From Chiloscyllium plagiosum (taxonomy: Eukaryota): 64,000 bases of DNA. The notes beneath the pieces were generated by a model that searched no databases, was not told the origin of the DNA, and saw only the letters and a program-made list of their open reading frames with translations. Shown one piece after another: positions 36,239-49,485 of this stretch. Both the position numbers and the translations under genes were made by a program. How positions within the stretch are numbered: position 1 is the first letter of the stretch; the number at the start of each line of letters is the position of its first letter. The DNA lies in NCBI RefSeq assembly GCF_004010195.1, contig NC_057750.1, forward strand, positions 4,040,382 through 4,104,381. The letters run 5' to 3'.

Positions 36239-37718
36239 TACTCCCATGTCTTGATTACTGTGTGCACTTTGTGCTACATAAAGTCAAAATGGCATTTAAA
36301 ATGTCTTACAATTTACAATGACTTAAGGTCAGTTGTTACCAGTCCTTGCAGTATAACAAATTTATGGAACATTTAATTTGGTTCAATATCTAATTTCTCA
36401 TTCAAAGCTGAGGAATTCAACTAATGCAGTCACTGCAAATCAATCCTGCGAATGAACAAATGCTAATACACCCATTAAGACTCTTCAGGCTGTATCATGT
36501 GTGATTTGACTTGGTGAAATTGTTGCTGGGTTTTCCTTTATCTTATTTCTCTATCTCCTATTTTAATTCAGATTTCTCATGGAGGAACTCTGCTTTTGCA
36601 TGATTTGTGTTTATCTTGACACCCAGGCAAAATTCATAAGCTGCTAGCTAAAAAGCCACAGGGTCTCTTCTATGCCTCCAATGGAATCATCCTTTCAATT
36701 GAAATGTGGCTGAATAATGCTATTGCAGGTCTTGTTTCGACGTTAACTGGCAAATAGATTACTCAAGACAATATAGCAACTGAAACGTTGGCTGTAACAC
36801 TTCTTTAACAGTTAATCTTAGTTACCTTTGTAGCAAAATACATTCTGTTAAATCTGTACTGGACAATTTTGCTAATTGGCTTTTTACTTGTCAAATCTAC
36901 ATGTACTTCTTGGGTAATATTGTTGACATACTGAGTTTTTTTTCCCCCTAAGATTTATAGTTTGCATTGCCTCTGCAAAGCAAATGACTGATAGTTATTC
37001 TTTTCAAATCAATTAACTTTCAAACAGTGATTAAAACCAGTACTACCATCTCTCAGAACTGCAAGTAGGAAGGTCATCTGACAAAGGATTACAGACAGTG
37101 TTAAGACTGATTAACTAGTGTAGTGGGCAGGTCTTTTAGAGAAGACATTGCTACAGGGACAACCAAGTAAAAGCATGTCAGTGTGACTGCTACCAACATG
37201 ACCTTCAACCCTTCACTGACCAAGCATTTCATTGGGTTCAATGGTGCAAAGAATGGTATAGGGAGGGACAAGAGGAAGGATAAAAATGAGCAGACTGTTA
37301 AACATTAGCTCACTCCTGTGAAGCCTGCACTCTTCAGGTTGCAAGGATGAGAAAATTCTGATGTTTAGTGAATTTCTAACATTGTTAATCTGTCTTCGCA
37401 TGCAGCCTAGGCAGCATGACCAACTTGTCTTGGGAGCTTAAGGTAAATTGTGGAGTGAAGTTCTGATCTTTGGAAAATGGGCTGACTGATTCTTCCTTCA
37501 AGCAAAAGTAAAACACTGTGGATTCTGGAAATTCTGATATAAAAAGAAAATTTTGGACAAACCCAGCATGTCTGGCAGCATCTCTGTAGAGAAATACTCA
37601 GTGTGGAGTTCCAAAGAAATTTTGGACTAAACATTAACTCTGATTCCTTCCCCACAGATGCTACTAGATCAGAGTTTAGTTCAACTGATGGTCTGTCCCT
37701 TCAGTGTCCAATCAGACA

Positions 37719-38039
37719 AGATTAGATTAGATTAGATTAGATTACAGTGTGGAAACAGGCCCTTCGGCCCAACAAGTCCACACCGACCCGCCGAAGCGAA
37801 ACCCACCCATACCCCTACATTTACCCCTTACCTAACACTACGGGCAATTTAGTATGGCCAATTCACCTAACCTGCACATCTTTGGACTGTGGGAGGAAAC
37901 CGGAGCACCCGGAGGAAACCCACGCAGACACGGGGAGAACGTGCAAACTCCACACAGTCAGTCGCCTGAGTCGGGAATTGAACCCGGGTCTCTGGCGCTG
38001 CGAGGCAGCAGTGCTAACCACTGTGCCACCGTGCCGCCC
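37719..38039 (-). mobile_element. HE1-type V-SINE, CpG-rich and probably young
   Basis: Full head to (ttaga)n tail with many retained CpGs. Confidence 0.93.
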
Positions 38040-38049
38040 ACAATGTGTT

Positions 38050-39150
38050 GGGAATGTGATTTGAGGGGCTGGGGCATGTGCTTCCAAACTGGAAGGAATG
38101 ACTACCTATTGGAAAGCCAAAAATATGGGTTTGTGCAAGTGCTCCTTTTAATGTGTTATATGGCACAAGTCTGGCCCATTCCTCACTCCTGCACTTTCGC
38201 CATCATCCAAGGGACTTGCTGCTTTATCTGAAGTTGAAAATGTACTGCTCATAGGAACACAGACTTAGTGTTCCTGTCATCCTGGTTGCTACTTTATGTT
38301 TGCATACAAGGACTCTACACACAACTTGATGGTGCTGCACACCAGAAATGTCACTGACATTCTACTTGTCCCAGGGGTTCTGGTCGCAATGCCATGGATA
38401 GCTTAATAGTTGGACTGTGCTATATCCTTGTTCCTCTGAAGTTTATGCTGCAAAATGTCTCTTGATTGCCAGTCCATTGTTGGCCTCTATCTATTGTCCC
38501 AGAGGGCGTGGGAAAAGAGGATGATGGATCCTATAGGGTGGTTCTCTGAGCATTCTTTGAAGTTATCTGGCAGATGACCCATTGCCAGAACTTTTCTAGT
38601 AAGCACCAAGAAGAAGCTTGGATGATGCTAAGAGCAACCTTCTGCCTGATTCTTGCACGTTTAGACTCTTGCTCCCTCGGAATACTGCTCTCTAGTTGTG
38701 CTCGGGCAGAGATTTTATTTTTGTCCACCTGCCATGTAGAATGTGCCTTTTCAAAGTGAGTACAGGAAGATGGCTTTTGAAGTTTATCTGAGCAGCTGTA
38801 TGATGCAGGACTATGTTCTGTGAGCTGTTTCCAGAGATGCAGACAGACAAATATTGAGGATGCTGTGGGACGTGAAAGATGTACCTTAATCTACCCAAAA
38901 CGTTCTGGTTCTCTACTGCAAAGAGTTGTTCTTGACCAAGTGTTGCAGCCTGACACATTCCAAGTTTCAGGACTATCTGCTGAGTTACTGTTGTGGTACA
39001 ATAGAGAATGATTGATTGTTTTAAGGACTTCAGACCTTGGTACATGAAGGGCTGGAAACTGTATGAAACATCTTTTGGTTATGTCTCAACAAGAATATTA
39101 AAGACACCCAAGAGTGGAAGGTACTGCAAGGTGATTTAGTTGATTTTTAT
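38050..39150 (+). mobile_element. Heavily decayed Tx1/L1-clade LINE 3' end
   Basis: Residual peptides KHQEEAWMMLRA, HVECAFSK and CCSLTHSKFQDYLL resemble the Cys/His-rich C-terminus of Tx1/L1 ORF2. Confidence 0.6.
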
Positions 39151-39761
39151 TATACTTTCTGTAATTTGGTTTCTTAATACACTTACAAATTTTATGAACA
39201 AATATATTTTTGAGGGAGAGAATAAAAGCAAAATCGAACAAAACTGAGATAAAGTATCATTGTTTATATAGCTAGTTAGACCATTTCTAGTTTGTACAAA
39301 AGATAAAATAGTGCAGGTGAAAATCTGAAGCCTCAGCAGAAAATATTGGAAATGTTCAATTGGTCAGGAAGCATCTGTAGAAAGATAAGAGGTTTGGATT
39401 TGAAATGCATGGATTTTTAAAATCTGTCTCGTACTTGTTCTCCCATTTATAATCATTGCAACAAAGATTTGTGGCATTTCCTCTGGGGTTTTGGGTGGTT
39501 CATGAACATTTGCTGATAAAAGGAAAATGAAATTGTAGGTTCCAGATTTGTTACTAAACTGATCTGGGAGCATGTTGGCATGTGTGTCCAAGGATTGTTA
39601 AAATGTTGAACTTAACAATGACTGAATAATTTGCAATTATGTTTTTGTTGATCTATGGATAGTTTTAAAAATTTTACTCCAATCTTTGGGTGCCATGTAA
39701 CAGTTAAGTTAGTACTAAGTGCAGTATCAGTATCTCCTTTCAAAATTTTTTTTTTGTTTCT

Positions 39762-40078
39762 GGGCGGCATGGTGACTCAGTTGTTAGCACTGCTGCCTCG
39801 CAGCACCAGGGTCCCAGGTTTGATTCCAGCCTTGGGCAACTGTCTGTGTGGAGTTTGCACATTCTCCCTGTGTCTGTGTGGGTTTCCTCTGGGTGCTCCT
39901 CCCGCAGTCCAAAGATGTGCAGGTCAGGTGAATTGGCCATGTTAAATTGCCCATAGTGTTAGGTGTATTAGTCAGAGGGAAATGGGTCTGGTTGGGTTAC
40001 TGTTCGGAGGTTCGGTGTGGACTGGTAGGGCCAAAGGGCCTGTTTCCACACTGTCGGGAATCTGAACTAATCTAATCT
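39762..40078 (+). mobile_element. HE1-type V-SINE
   Basis: Same head, V-domain and tail. Confidence 0.92.
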
Positions 40079-42279
40079 ATTCTTCAACTTCCAATGTTTT
40101 AATAGACATCACTTATGCTATTCAACTCAATTTGTGTAATGAGCACATCAAGCAGTCTGAGGGGGTCATCCAATGTCAGTAAAATAGAGAAGCTGGGGAA
40201 ATAAATTGAACCCAGGGATGTCATAACACAGTATTTGTCTTAGATTAAGTACTGTAGGTGTTGGTGTGGGAGCTGAGTGACATTAATGGTTTGCTTTTGT
40301 CACTCATCAGTATTCTGCAAAGGCAAGTAGGTAGCTGGCAAATTGTGACAGGAGCCCTGTAGAGGTAGCAGTTTTGCGCAGGATGAAAAATTTTCATCCT
40401 GAAGTCCAGCCTACTTAGAGCCCGTCTCTTGAAGGAAAAAGGCTGAAGGCAAGGTTTGCCAGAGTTGGGTGTAGCTTATGCAAATCTCTTGCAAAGGTGT
40501 AGGAAGGACTAAGAATAAAAGACAAACAATCTAATGTGTGACTTTAACAATTTGAAGATTGTTAACAATTTGAAAAATTTGGGGTTGAATTGGATATCTT
40601 CCTTGCATTTTGAAATGAATGAAACTGTGACTCTCTTGATCTGCAATGGCCTTGGTTCCCTGAGTTGCACCCCATATTTTACATTGCATTTAATTGAGTT
40701 TTCTTTTTGTGCTGACTTAAAAATATAGTGTTTGGGTGGATATATAGTGGGGCTAACTGCACTTGTGAAAGTTGTTTTTAAAACTGACTTTTTTATGGTT
40801 TCTGAAATGATTCTATTAATGTCTTGGTGAGAAGGAGATGATTACTTTGCTTTTCAGTATGTGCCAAAGTATTCTTGTAAAGGCTGAGTGTTGATTGTGG
40901 AAAACTTGATACTGTGTGCTCCATTTCTGTCATCTGGAACATCTTATGAACTTGTTCATTGTTCCTTTGACTATACTGCTGTACCTAATCTGAAGACACT
41001 CAAGGTAACTTTTTAGGTGCTCACTGAGAATGTTTCTATGGACAAGTGTTGGTACACGATTTAGTTCATAGAATGTTCTAGAGTCATAGAATTTTACTGT
41101 GCAGAAGGAGGCCATTTGCACTGTTGTTGGTACTGGCTAGCAAAAATGCTACCCAGCTAGTCGTCTTCTATGGAGCATTATCATAGAGCCTAATCACATT
41201 TTTAAAAAATTGTGTACTATTTACTCCATTGTGCTAGAGATGCACTCCCTTCTCCCAAACAAAGAGCAATCAGGCAGCAATGAGGGCAATTGTAATGTGA
41301 TTACTCGATGGTTGTGGGGAAATGAACCCATCTGGTTTTCATTATGGATGCAGTTATTGGGTTATATCATTGCTGTTATTTCATGGGGAATGTTTGAACA
41401 ATAGGGTGTCCTCCCCCATTTCCCCTTTCTTTTGAAAGTTTAATTTAAAGGGAGAAGTGTGGGAATGTTTTGATCCTTGCTAGTAATTGGTCATTTCACG
41501 GATGCTCCTTCAGAGTGTGCAACAGAATTTGCTGGAGACTACTAAGTGGGGACATACACCAACTTCTTTATCCCTCACCGTTTCTCTCTACATCTCGGCT
41601 GTCACCTAATGCATATCAATAATTAATGTGTTATTTTTGAGGTGTGTGATGACTAGAGTTCTTGCAGTTTCTGTCCACTGATTTAAGTCTACTGTTGAGA
41701 ATTAGAGACTTACCTTGATTTCTAGTTGTTGTGAAGTAAAACAGAAAAAACACAATCGAAATATGTATAATGGTTTTATTAAGAATTGAGGTAAGACCTT
41801 GCATTATGTATTATCTCATGATTGCAGCGAGTTCAGAATGTTTTACCATGTTAAGGTGCTATTGTTTGGAGGTCTAGTCAACATTGGAATGTAAGAAGCA
41901 CATTGTTTTGTGTACAGCAAGCCCACACAAAACAGCAATAAAATAATGAGCACATTTGTTTTAGTGTTTGAAGAATAAAAATTAACCAGGGTGTAAGAGC
42001 TCGTGACTTTCTCACAATTTAGTGCTGTGATAATTTGCACTTCTACCTGAGAAGACAGATAAAGCCATGCTTAGAGACACATCTGAAAGATGACATTTCC
42101 TCCAACTGTGCAGTTCACTGCTCTAAATTAAATCCTATGCTGAGCACATTAACTAGATGAAAGAATGTGGGAGTAATGCTAGACTCATCATTGTCAATAT
42201 TTAGACAAGTAAATCAATTGAAGAAAAGTTTTTATAAAATGCTGTGCTTTGAGGATAAAGATGCAGTACAAGTCTACAT

Positions 42280-43090
42280 GACCATAAGTATAGGAACAGG
42301 AGTAGACCATTTGGCCCCCTCCAAGTCTGCTCCACCATCCAATTGGATCGCAGCTGATCTAACATGCTTCACGTCCACTTTCCTGTCCATTCCCTGAAAC
42401 CCTTGATTTCCCCTACTGATCAAGAATCTTGTCTATCTCCTCCTTAAGTATACATGACAACTGTGCCCCCACAGCTCTCTGAAGGAAAGTTTTCCAAATA
42501 ATCTTGCCCTTCTGAGGAAAAAAAAGTTCCTGTTCATCTCGGTCTTAAATTGGCACTCCTTTATTCTGAGACTATGCTGTCTGTTCCCAGACACACACAC
42601 ACGGGGAAACATCACCTTCTAAGCATTTACCCTGTCAAACCCCTTAAGAATGCTTTGTTTCCATGAGATCACTCTTCATTCTTCTAAACTTCAGTGAGTA
42701 GAATCCCAACCTGTTTAGCCTTTCGTCATAAGACCATTACGTACTAGAGATCATCCTAGTGAATGTTCTCTGAACTGCCTTGAGTGAAATCATTTCTTTC
42801 CTTAAATAAGGGGAACCAAAGCTGCTGTCAGCACTCCAGATGTGGTCTCATCAGCAATTTGTGCAGCTGTAATAAGACATCCCTACTTTTATATCTCAAC
42901 CCCCTGCATTAAGAGCTAACATTCCATGAGCCTTCCTGATTACCTGCTGCATCTGTGTGCTAGCTTTGTGTTTTGTCCACAAGTATCCCCAAGTTTCTTT
43001 TGTGTTGAGGCTTCTGCAGTTTTTCTTTATTCAAACAATATGCTGTTATTTTGTTCTGTAATCCAAAATGAACAAGCTCACATTTGCAAA
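42280..43090 (-). mobile_element. CR1-type LINE 3' fragment
   Basis: HSLRIKECQFKTEMNRNFFF peptide; tail ...cctatacttatggtc. Confidence 0.8.
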
Positions 43091-43895
43091 CTTTTTGCCA
43101 ACTAACTTAAACGCCCCCTCACCCCATTTTAAGAGGGGGGGGGGTGTGTCTGTGGCCAACACACTCTTTGGATCTGAAATATCCAGAGCCTCAGGCATTT
43201 TTTTTTAATTGAATGTAATTTTGGAACAATTAAAATCGGAGAGCTAGAATTGGAGTAATGCAGTTGTCTTGGTTGTCGGGTGAATGAACTCTTTTATGGC
43301 AATTTGGAGGGATTTGAAAATACCAACGCTGATTTTACATTGATTCGTGCAGAATCAGATTCTGCAAGTTAGAACAAGGGCAACAGTTACGGTGAAACAA
43401 AATCCAATTGCTAGAGAATCTGGCAGCATTTGTGGAGTGTAAGAGTCAATGTTTTGGATCCAGTGACCCTTTTTTCAGAATTTTTTTTCCCAGTAGAATT
43501 TTCTTTGTTTTTCTTTAGTTTTGGTGACATCAGATTTGGAGTGAGCACAATGTGGGAGACATGCGAGCAGTGTCTTAGAGCAAGCAAGAACTTTAGGACA
43601 TTGAGTGTTTAAAAAAAAGGTGCTCAATGACTGAAATTAAAAACAGAATGCTACAGATGTTGGCAATCTGAAATCAAAACGAAATGCTGGAGGTCTAAAC
43701 TTGGCAGGTCTGGCAGTAACTGGAGGAAGAAAGTTATTATTCTCTTGAGTCTAGTATGACTCCTGCTCAGAACTATATGTAATTGCAAACCTTGTATGGA
43801 TTGTATTTAAGGCTGTGCAGTGCATTAATTTGACTAGTTCTCTTTTATTCTCTCCAGTCCATCGTGCAATGCAGTAATAGTTCAAAGTGAACAAA

Positions 43896-45232
43896 TTGAT
43901 TTAATTTATTATTGTCATATATGCAATGAAAAGTATTGTTTTGCGTGCTATCCAGGCAAATCATACCTTAGATAAGTGCATCAGGGTAATAGAGCAGGAT
44001 GTAGTGTTGGAGCTACAGAGAAGTTGCAGAGAAATATTATCTCTACTATGAGAGGTTTGTTCAAAAGTTTGCCAACAGGGAAGAAGCTGTTCTTGAATCT
44101 GTTCTCAAATTTTCATATCTTCTGTCCTGTGAAAGAGTGTATAACTGGAGTGGTTGAGAGGGGTCTTTGATTATGTTGGCTCCTTTCCCGAGGCAGCATA
44201 AATGGAGTCAGTGCATGAAAGGCCGGTTGCAAGATGGGTTGGGCTGTGTCACAACCTTCGGTATTTTCTTGCAGTCTTGGGCCAAGCAGTTGCCATACCA
44301 AGCCATGATGCATTTAGATAGGTTGCTTTCTATGGTGCTTCTATAAAAATCGATAAGAGTCCTTGTGGATGTGTTGAATTTTCTTAGCCTCCTGAAGAAG
44401 TTGAGGTATTGCTATGCTTTGTTGATCGTAGCATTGATGTGGATGGTCCAGGTTACCAGCGATATTTACTCCAAGAAATCTGAAGCACTCAACATGTCCA
44501 CTTCAGTACCATTGATGACAGGTCTGTCTTCCTTTCCACTTCCTGAAGTCGATGACTAGCTCCTTTGTTTTGCTGACATTGAGGGAGAGATTGTTATCTT
44601 TACATCATGCCACTAAGCTATCTGTCTCTTTCCTGTACTTTGTCTTGCCTTTGTTTGAGATCCGACTCACTACATTGGTGTCATCAGCAAACTTGTAAAA
44701 GAAGTTCAAGCTGAATTTGGCCTGCTCAGTCGTGAGTGTATAAGGAATATAGTAAGGGACTGAGTATGCAGCTTTGTGGTGTTGAGGATTATTGTGGAGG
44801 CAATGTTGTCTATGCTTACTGACTGTGGCCTGTGGTTCAGGAAGTTGATACAGTTGCAGAGAGGGGGTAATAAAGTCCTAGGTCTTGGGGTTTAGAGATG
44901 AGTTTTGTTGGAATCATGGTATTGAAGGTGGAGCTTAAGTCAGTTTCAAAAAACACAGTCTGATGTAGGTGTCCTTTTTATCCAGATGACCCAGGGATGA
45001 GTGTAGGGCCAGCAAGATAGCATCTGCTGTGAATTGTTGAGACATTCGGGGAATTGTAGTGGTTCAAGGCAATCTGGAAGGCTGAAGTTGATGTGTGCTA
45101 TGACAGTCCTCTTGAAACACTTCATAATGATGGATGTCCGAGCCACTGGGTAGTAGCCATTAAGGCTCACTGCCTGATGTTTCTTTGGCACCGGGGTGAT
45201 AGTGGTCTTCTTGAAACGGGTAGGAACCTCCA
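43896..45232 (-). mobile_element. Rex/Babar-clade LINE fragment
   Basis: YYPVARTSIIMKCFKRTVIAHINFSLPDCLEPLQF (ORF 44946..45191) and the shared 3' UTR. Confidence 0.88.
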
Positions 45233-46194
45233 GTCTGTGAGTGCTCCCACCACCTGGTCTACGCAGGATCTGAGTGTGTGACTGAGTTCTCCATCCAGGC
45301 TGGTCACTAATTGAGCAGATACATACCTAACTCTGGATATAAACTGTTATGTCTTTAAAGTGAAAACTTTCTAAACAATGTAAATTTAATTATATAAAAG
45401 ATACAAAGTAAAAAAAGCAGGAAATTTGTTTTTAGTTGAGATTCCAAGCAACTGTGATGTTAGGGAAATTGAACAGGTTAGGAATTGTCTGTGGAGAGAG
45501 AAATTAAGTCAGACTTTCTTCAAGCACCTAAGGTATAGTGTTCAGCTGTTTGTAGAATTTTCTTAGCTGATGAACAGGTTAGAACAGCATTTCACTCACC
45601 CAGCCAAGTTTAAGATTCGGATCTGGGCTGTCCGACTAGCACTCAGTTAAATTTTTTTGACTGATTTCTAATTGCTAACTGGTCGCAAGCACCAAATTGC
45701 AAATAGTTTTGGAAACATTTATTTGGAATCATTCCTTTTTTTTCCTTCTCCTGATTATCTCATTAGTATGAAGCAGAAACCCGTGAAACCACAATTAAAT
45801 TGCGTTTGAACTACAGGCCATACTCGGACTCTGAGGGTTTACAGTTGTTTAAAAATTAATCAGCTACTAAATGGGAATAGCAGATATTACTTTAAATATT
45901 TTAAATGGTGGTTGCATTGCAAGTCCTTGTGAAGCTACTTGGCTAGACTGAGGCATTAATGCTATTTTCAGATCTGATTCTCATCAAATAATCTAGGAAA
46001 ACCCATGCCAGTAAATAGGGAATTAGGAGAGATTCAAATCAAAACAATACTCTTCGGCCAGGTGGGAGGGGAGGCCATTATTTTATTTTTCAGATTACAA
46101 CTGCTACTCTAAACCATCTGCTATTGTTTAGGCACCTCCAATGTCTTCCACTGGCACCCCAAACAGTGGGAAGCAGTTGGGGTTGGATCATTTG

Positions 46195-46680
46195 TGCAAT
46201 ATGGTAGCCCGCAAACCTACCAATGCACTGAAACAGCTAGTGATGAACCTAAAGGACCCTGTACCAACAACCAGCAAAACGGATGTCATTTCCAAAATAC
46301 CTTGCAAGGACTGTAACAAACACAAGTATCCTTACGTATAGATGAAGAAGGACACTCTTGACTGGGACAAAACATCCGTCCTAGAACAGGCTCAACAGAG
46401 ACACACGCACGGGAATTCCTAGAGGCCTGGCATTCAAGCCAGAACTCTATCAATAAACACATCTATTTGGACTCATTTGCCAATTTCTGAGAAAAAGAAC
46501 TGGAAATGATATCACCCACCTGAACAGACCAAGGCAGAGAATAGAATGTGGGACTGGACGCTCACTGATGATGTTACCTAGCATGGTGACGAAATATCTG
46601 AGAATAAACCTACCAGCTCACTGAGCAAACTTACAACCTGAACTTCAACCTGAGCTACAAATCTTCTCAAAAATCGCAAT
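46195..46680 (+). mobile_element. Penelope-like element (Poseidon-like) 3' fragment
   Basis: ARKPTNALKQLVMNLKDPVPTTSKTDVISKIPCKDCNKH (GIY-YIG, internally deleted), then hammerhead motif and family tail. Confidence 0.88.
46561..46602 (+). ncRNA. Minimal type I hammerhead ribozyme motif, intact core
   Basis: ctca CTGATGA t gttacc tagcat ggtgac GAAA TA TC tgag: 4-bp stem I, 6-bp stem II (one G-U), palindromic stem III ATAT. Confidence 0.8.
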
Positions 46681-46864
46681 AAGATACAAGATGGTAATCC
46701 CTCTCCTTGGCCAAAGTTAGAAAGTCTAACTTGGGAAGCTTTTTTTCTTGTCTCTGTTTTGACATTTATTATTACTGTTTTAAGTTATTTTGTGCCTCCT
46801 AATCCCAAATGTGCTGTTCTACAATGTGTATGGTTTTGTCTTCCATCCCAATTTTTAGAGTATG

Positions 46865-47100
46865 AAATCCATAAGACATGGGAGCAGAAAGAACGCCATT
46901 CGGCCCATTAAATCTGCTGCGCCATTCAATCGTGGCAGATTGGGATTGAAAAACCTTTTTCTCACTTTTTCCCAATAACCTTTGATCCCCTTGGCAATCG
47001 AGAGTTTATCTCTCTCTGTTTTAAATATACTCAGTAACCTATCCTCCACAGCCTTCTGTGGCAGTGAATTCCACAGTTTCACCACTCCCTGACTAAAGAA
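46865..47100 (-). mobile_element. CR1-type LINE 3' end
   Basis: FFSQGVVKLWNSLPQKAVE...FKTERDK (ORF 46855..47133). Confidence 0.85.
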
Positions 47101-48249
47101 GAGATTCAGATTCTCCGCAGCCTCCTGCTTCACATTAATTCTTTCCTATGATTCTTAAGTGATGGGGCAGATCTCTGTTCCAGTCTCCAGCTGGCAGTCC
47201 CCTAGATAAATTTAGGATTCCCTGCCTGTTTTTTCCTTGTGGTGATTAACTTTGCTATTTCTCTATGATGCTTATTTAAAACAAAACTGCAGTATTGAGA
47301 CTGGCATTTATAAAATTAAGCTTGGTATGATTTTAAGAGTACTCATGGGAATTAACAGCATTTTGTGCTGAAACATCAGCATATAGCTTGACTAAAAATG
47401 CAGTATTTAAGAGAAATGCATTCTGTTAGTGATGCTGTACCTGCCAACTATTTTAAAGTTGTGACTGTAGCTTCCCTAATTATCATCCCTAAACAAAGTA
47501 ACAAATGCTTATATTTTTGTCGTTTAGTTTCAGATTTTACATGGAATTGAAGCACTGCATTGCTCCCTCGGGTGGACATGAAAGTTCCTGTGGTGTATTG
47601 AATAATAATTTATTTAATGTAAATTTTTAAAACAGACCTTATCTGGTCATTTGTTGGATGGTTGTTTTTGGATCATAGAATGGTTTCATGTTGTTGCTCA
47701 GTGGAAATGTCTGTACCTCCAGGCCAGAAGATCTGGGTTCAAATACTACCTGCTTCAGAGGCATGCCCTAACGTAGCCAAGCAGATTTAAGAAAAAAATA
47801 GTCCAGTCCAGCTTTCTCTGTGCTGTATTCAGCCCATTGTGTATACTCCAGAGTGATTTAGTTAATCCAATTGCTCTGCTCTTGCAGGTGGTTTTGTGTA
47901 AATGGACTGCGTTTCCAAAGTATAACACTGCAAACTTACTTGTGACTGAAGTTATTTTTAGCTGTCTCTGTACAGGTGAGAGTTTGATTCTAAAGGAAAC
48001 ACCAATCAGTTCTGAATTTTTAAAAATCTTTTAGGATGGCTGTGAAACTGTACATCGTAGTATTCCTTCTTCAACCATCAGGCAAAAGTTCTGTTAAGTT
48101 ATTTAAATTGATTATATAGGATGACAACATGTTTGAGGGTATGAGGACAACTCCTTTTTGCTTGTCAGATTGTGTGGTGGGACCTCTGTCCGCAATCTGG
48201 CCGATGAGTCTTCTGTTTAATCTTATACCTGAAAGATAGCAGCCAGTGT

Positions 48250-48465
48250 AGGTTAGGCCACTGTTGGAATATTGCGTGCAGTTCTTGTCCCCTTCCTATC
48301 GGATGGATGTTGTGAAACTTGAAAGGGTTCAGAAAAGATTTGCAAGGATGTTGCCAGGGTTGGAGGATTTAAGCTATAGGGAGAGGCTGAATAAGCTGGG
48401 ACTGTTTTCCTTGGAGGCGGAGGGGTGACCTTTATAGAGGTTTATAAAATCATGAAGGGCATGGT
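48250..48465 (+). mobile_element. CR1 fragment abutting a Penelope-like element
   Basis: VRPLLEYCVQF...LSYRERLNKLGLFSLE; closely similar to 3530-3735. Confidence 0.85.
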
Positions 48466-48469
48466 TAAA

Positions 48470-49485
48470 TATCTCTCAACACCAGGTTATAGTCCAACAG
48501 GTTTAATTGGAAGCACACTAGCTTTCGGAGCGCTGCTCCTTCATCAGGTGGTTGTGGAGGCCACAATTGTAAGGCACAAAATTTTTAGCAAAAATTACAG
48601 TGTGACGTAACTGAAATTATACATTGAAAAATATGTTGATTGTCTGTTGAGTCTTTCACTTGTTCAAATACCATGATAGTTTCACTTCGTTCATGTGTAA
48701 ATCACAAAACTTTTTTTAAAAAATACCATTCTCAGGTTAACTGTAGCAATTGGTGTTAGCTAGACAATATGTTGAAGGTGTTAGCCCCCTGTGTTCTGTC
48801 TATGCCATGATGTTTAGATTGATTCTAATCTAAAAATGAGATAAGAGTTTTATGTGAATTCATCCAGTTTTTGAGCAAAGTACAATGTAACTCTGCGAGT
48901 ACAAATTCACCACAAAATATGTGTGTGTGTGTCTGGGTTGGGGGGTTGAGTGTGAGAGTGTATATGTGTCCCAGTTGAGGCCCTCCCTATGGGTATGGAA
49001 CTTGGCTATCAGCCTCTGCTCGGCCACTTTTCGCTGCTGCCTGTCCTGAAGTCCGCCTTGGAGGATGGTCACCCAAATGTCCGAGGTCGAATGTCCTGCA
49101 CCACTGAAGTGTTCTCCAACTGGGAGGTAACACTCCTGTCTGTTGTGCGGTGCCCACTCATTCGTTGCCGTAGCCTTTGCTCGGTTTCCCCAATGTACCA
49201 TGCCTCCGGGCATCCTTGCCTGCAACGTAGAAGATAGACAATGTTGGCTGAGGCACGTGAGTACCTGCCATGTACATAGTGGGAGGTGTCCCCACGTGTA
49301 ATGGTGGTATCCACGTCCCCACACTGACATGTCTTGCAGCGCCTATCGTGACAGGGTTGTATGGAGTTGTCCTGATTGTTCGCAAGCTGCCCAACTATGA
49401 TCTGTTTGAGGTTTGGCGGTTGTTTAAAGGCAAGCAGTGGAGGTGTGGGGAAGGTCTTGGCGAGGTGCTCATCCTCATTTGGAAG
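48470..49485 (-). mobile_element. Penelope-like element (third family) with GIY-YIG and an intact 3' hammerhead motif
   Basis: NIVYLLRCRQGCPEAWYIGETEQRLRQRMSGHR (ORF 49069..49314). Minus strand 48550-48515 reads cac CTGATGA a ggagc agc gctcc GAAA GC TA gtg. Confidence 0.9.

Noticed and set aside
37747..38231. Recurring ORFs such as MWKQALRPNKSTPT.../MANSPNLHIFGLWEETG
   Set aside because: Translations of HE1 SINE sequence, repeated at every copy.
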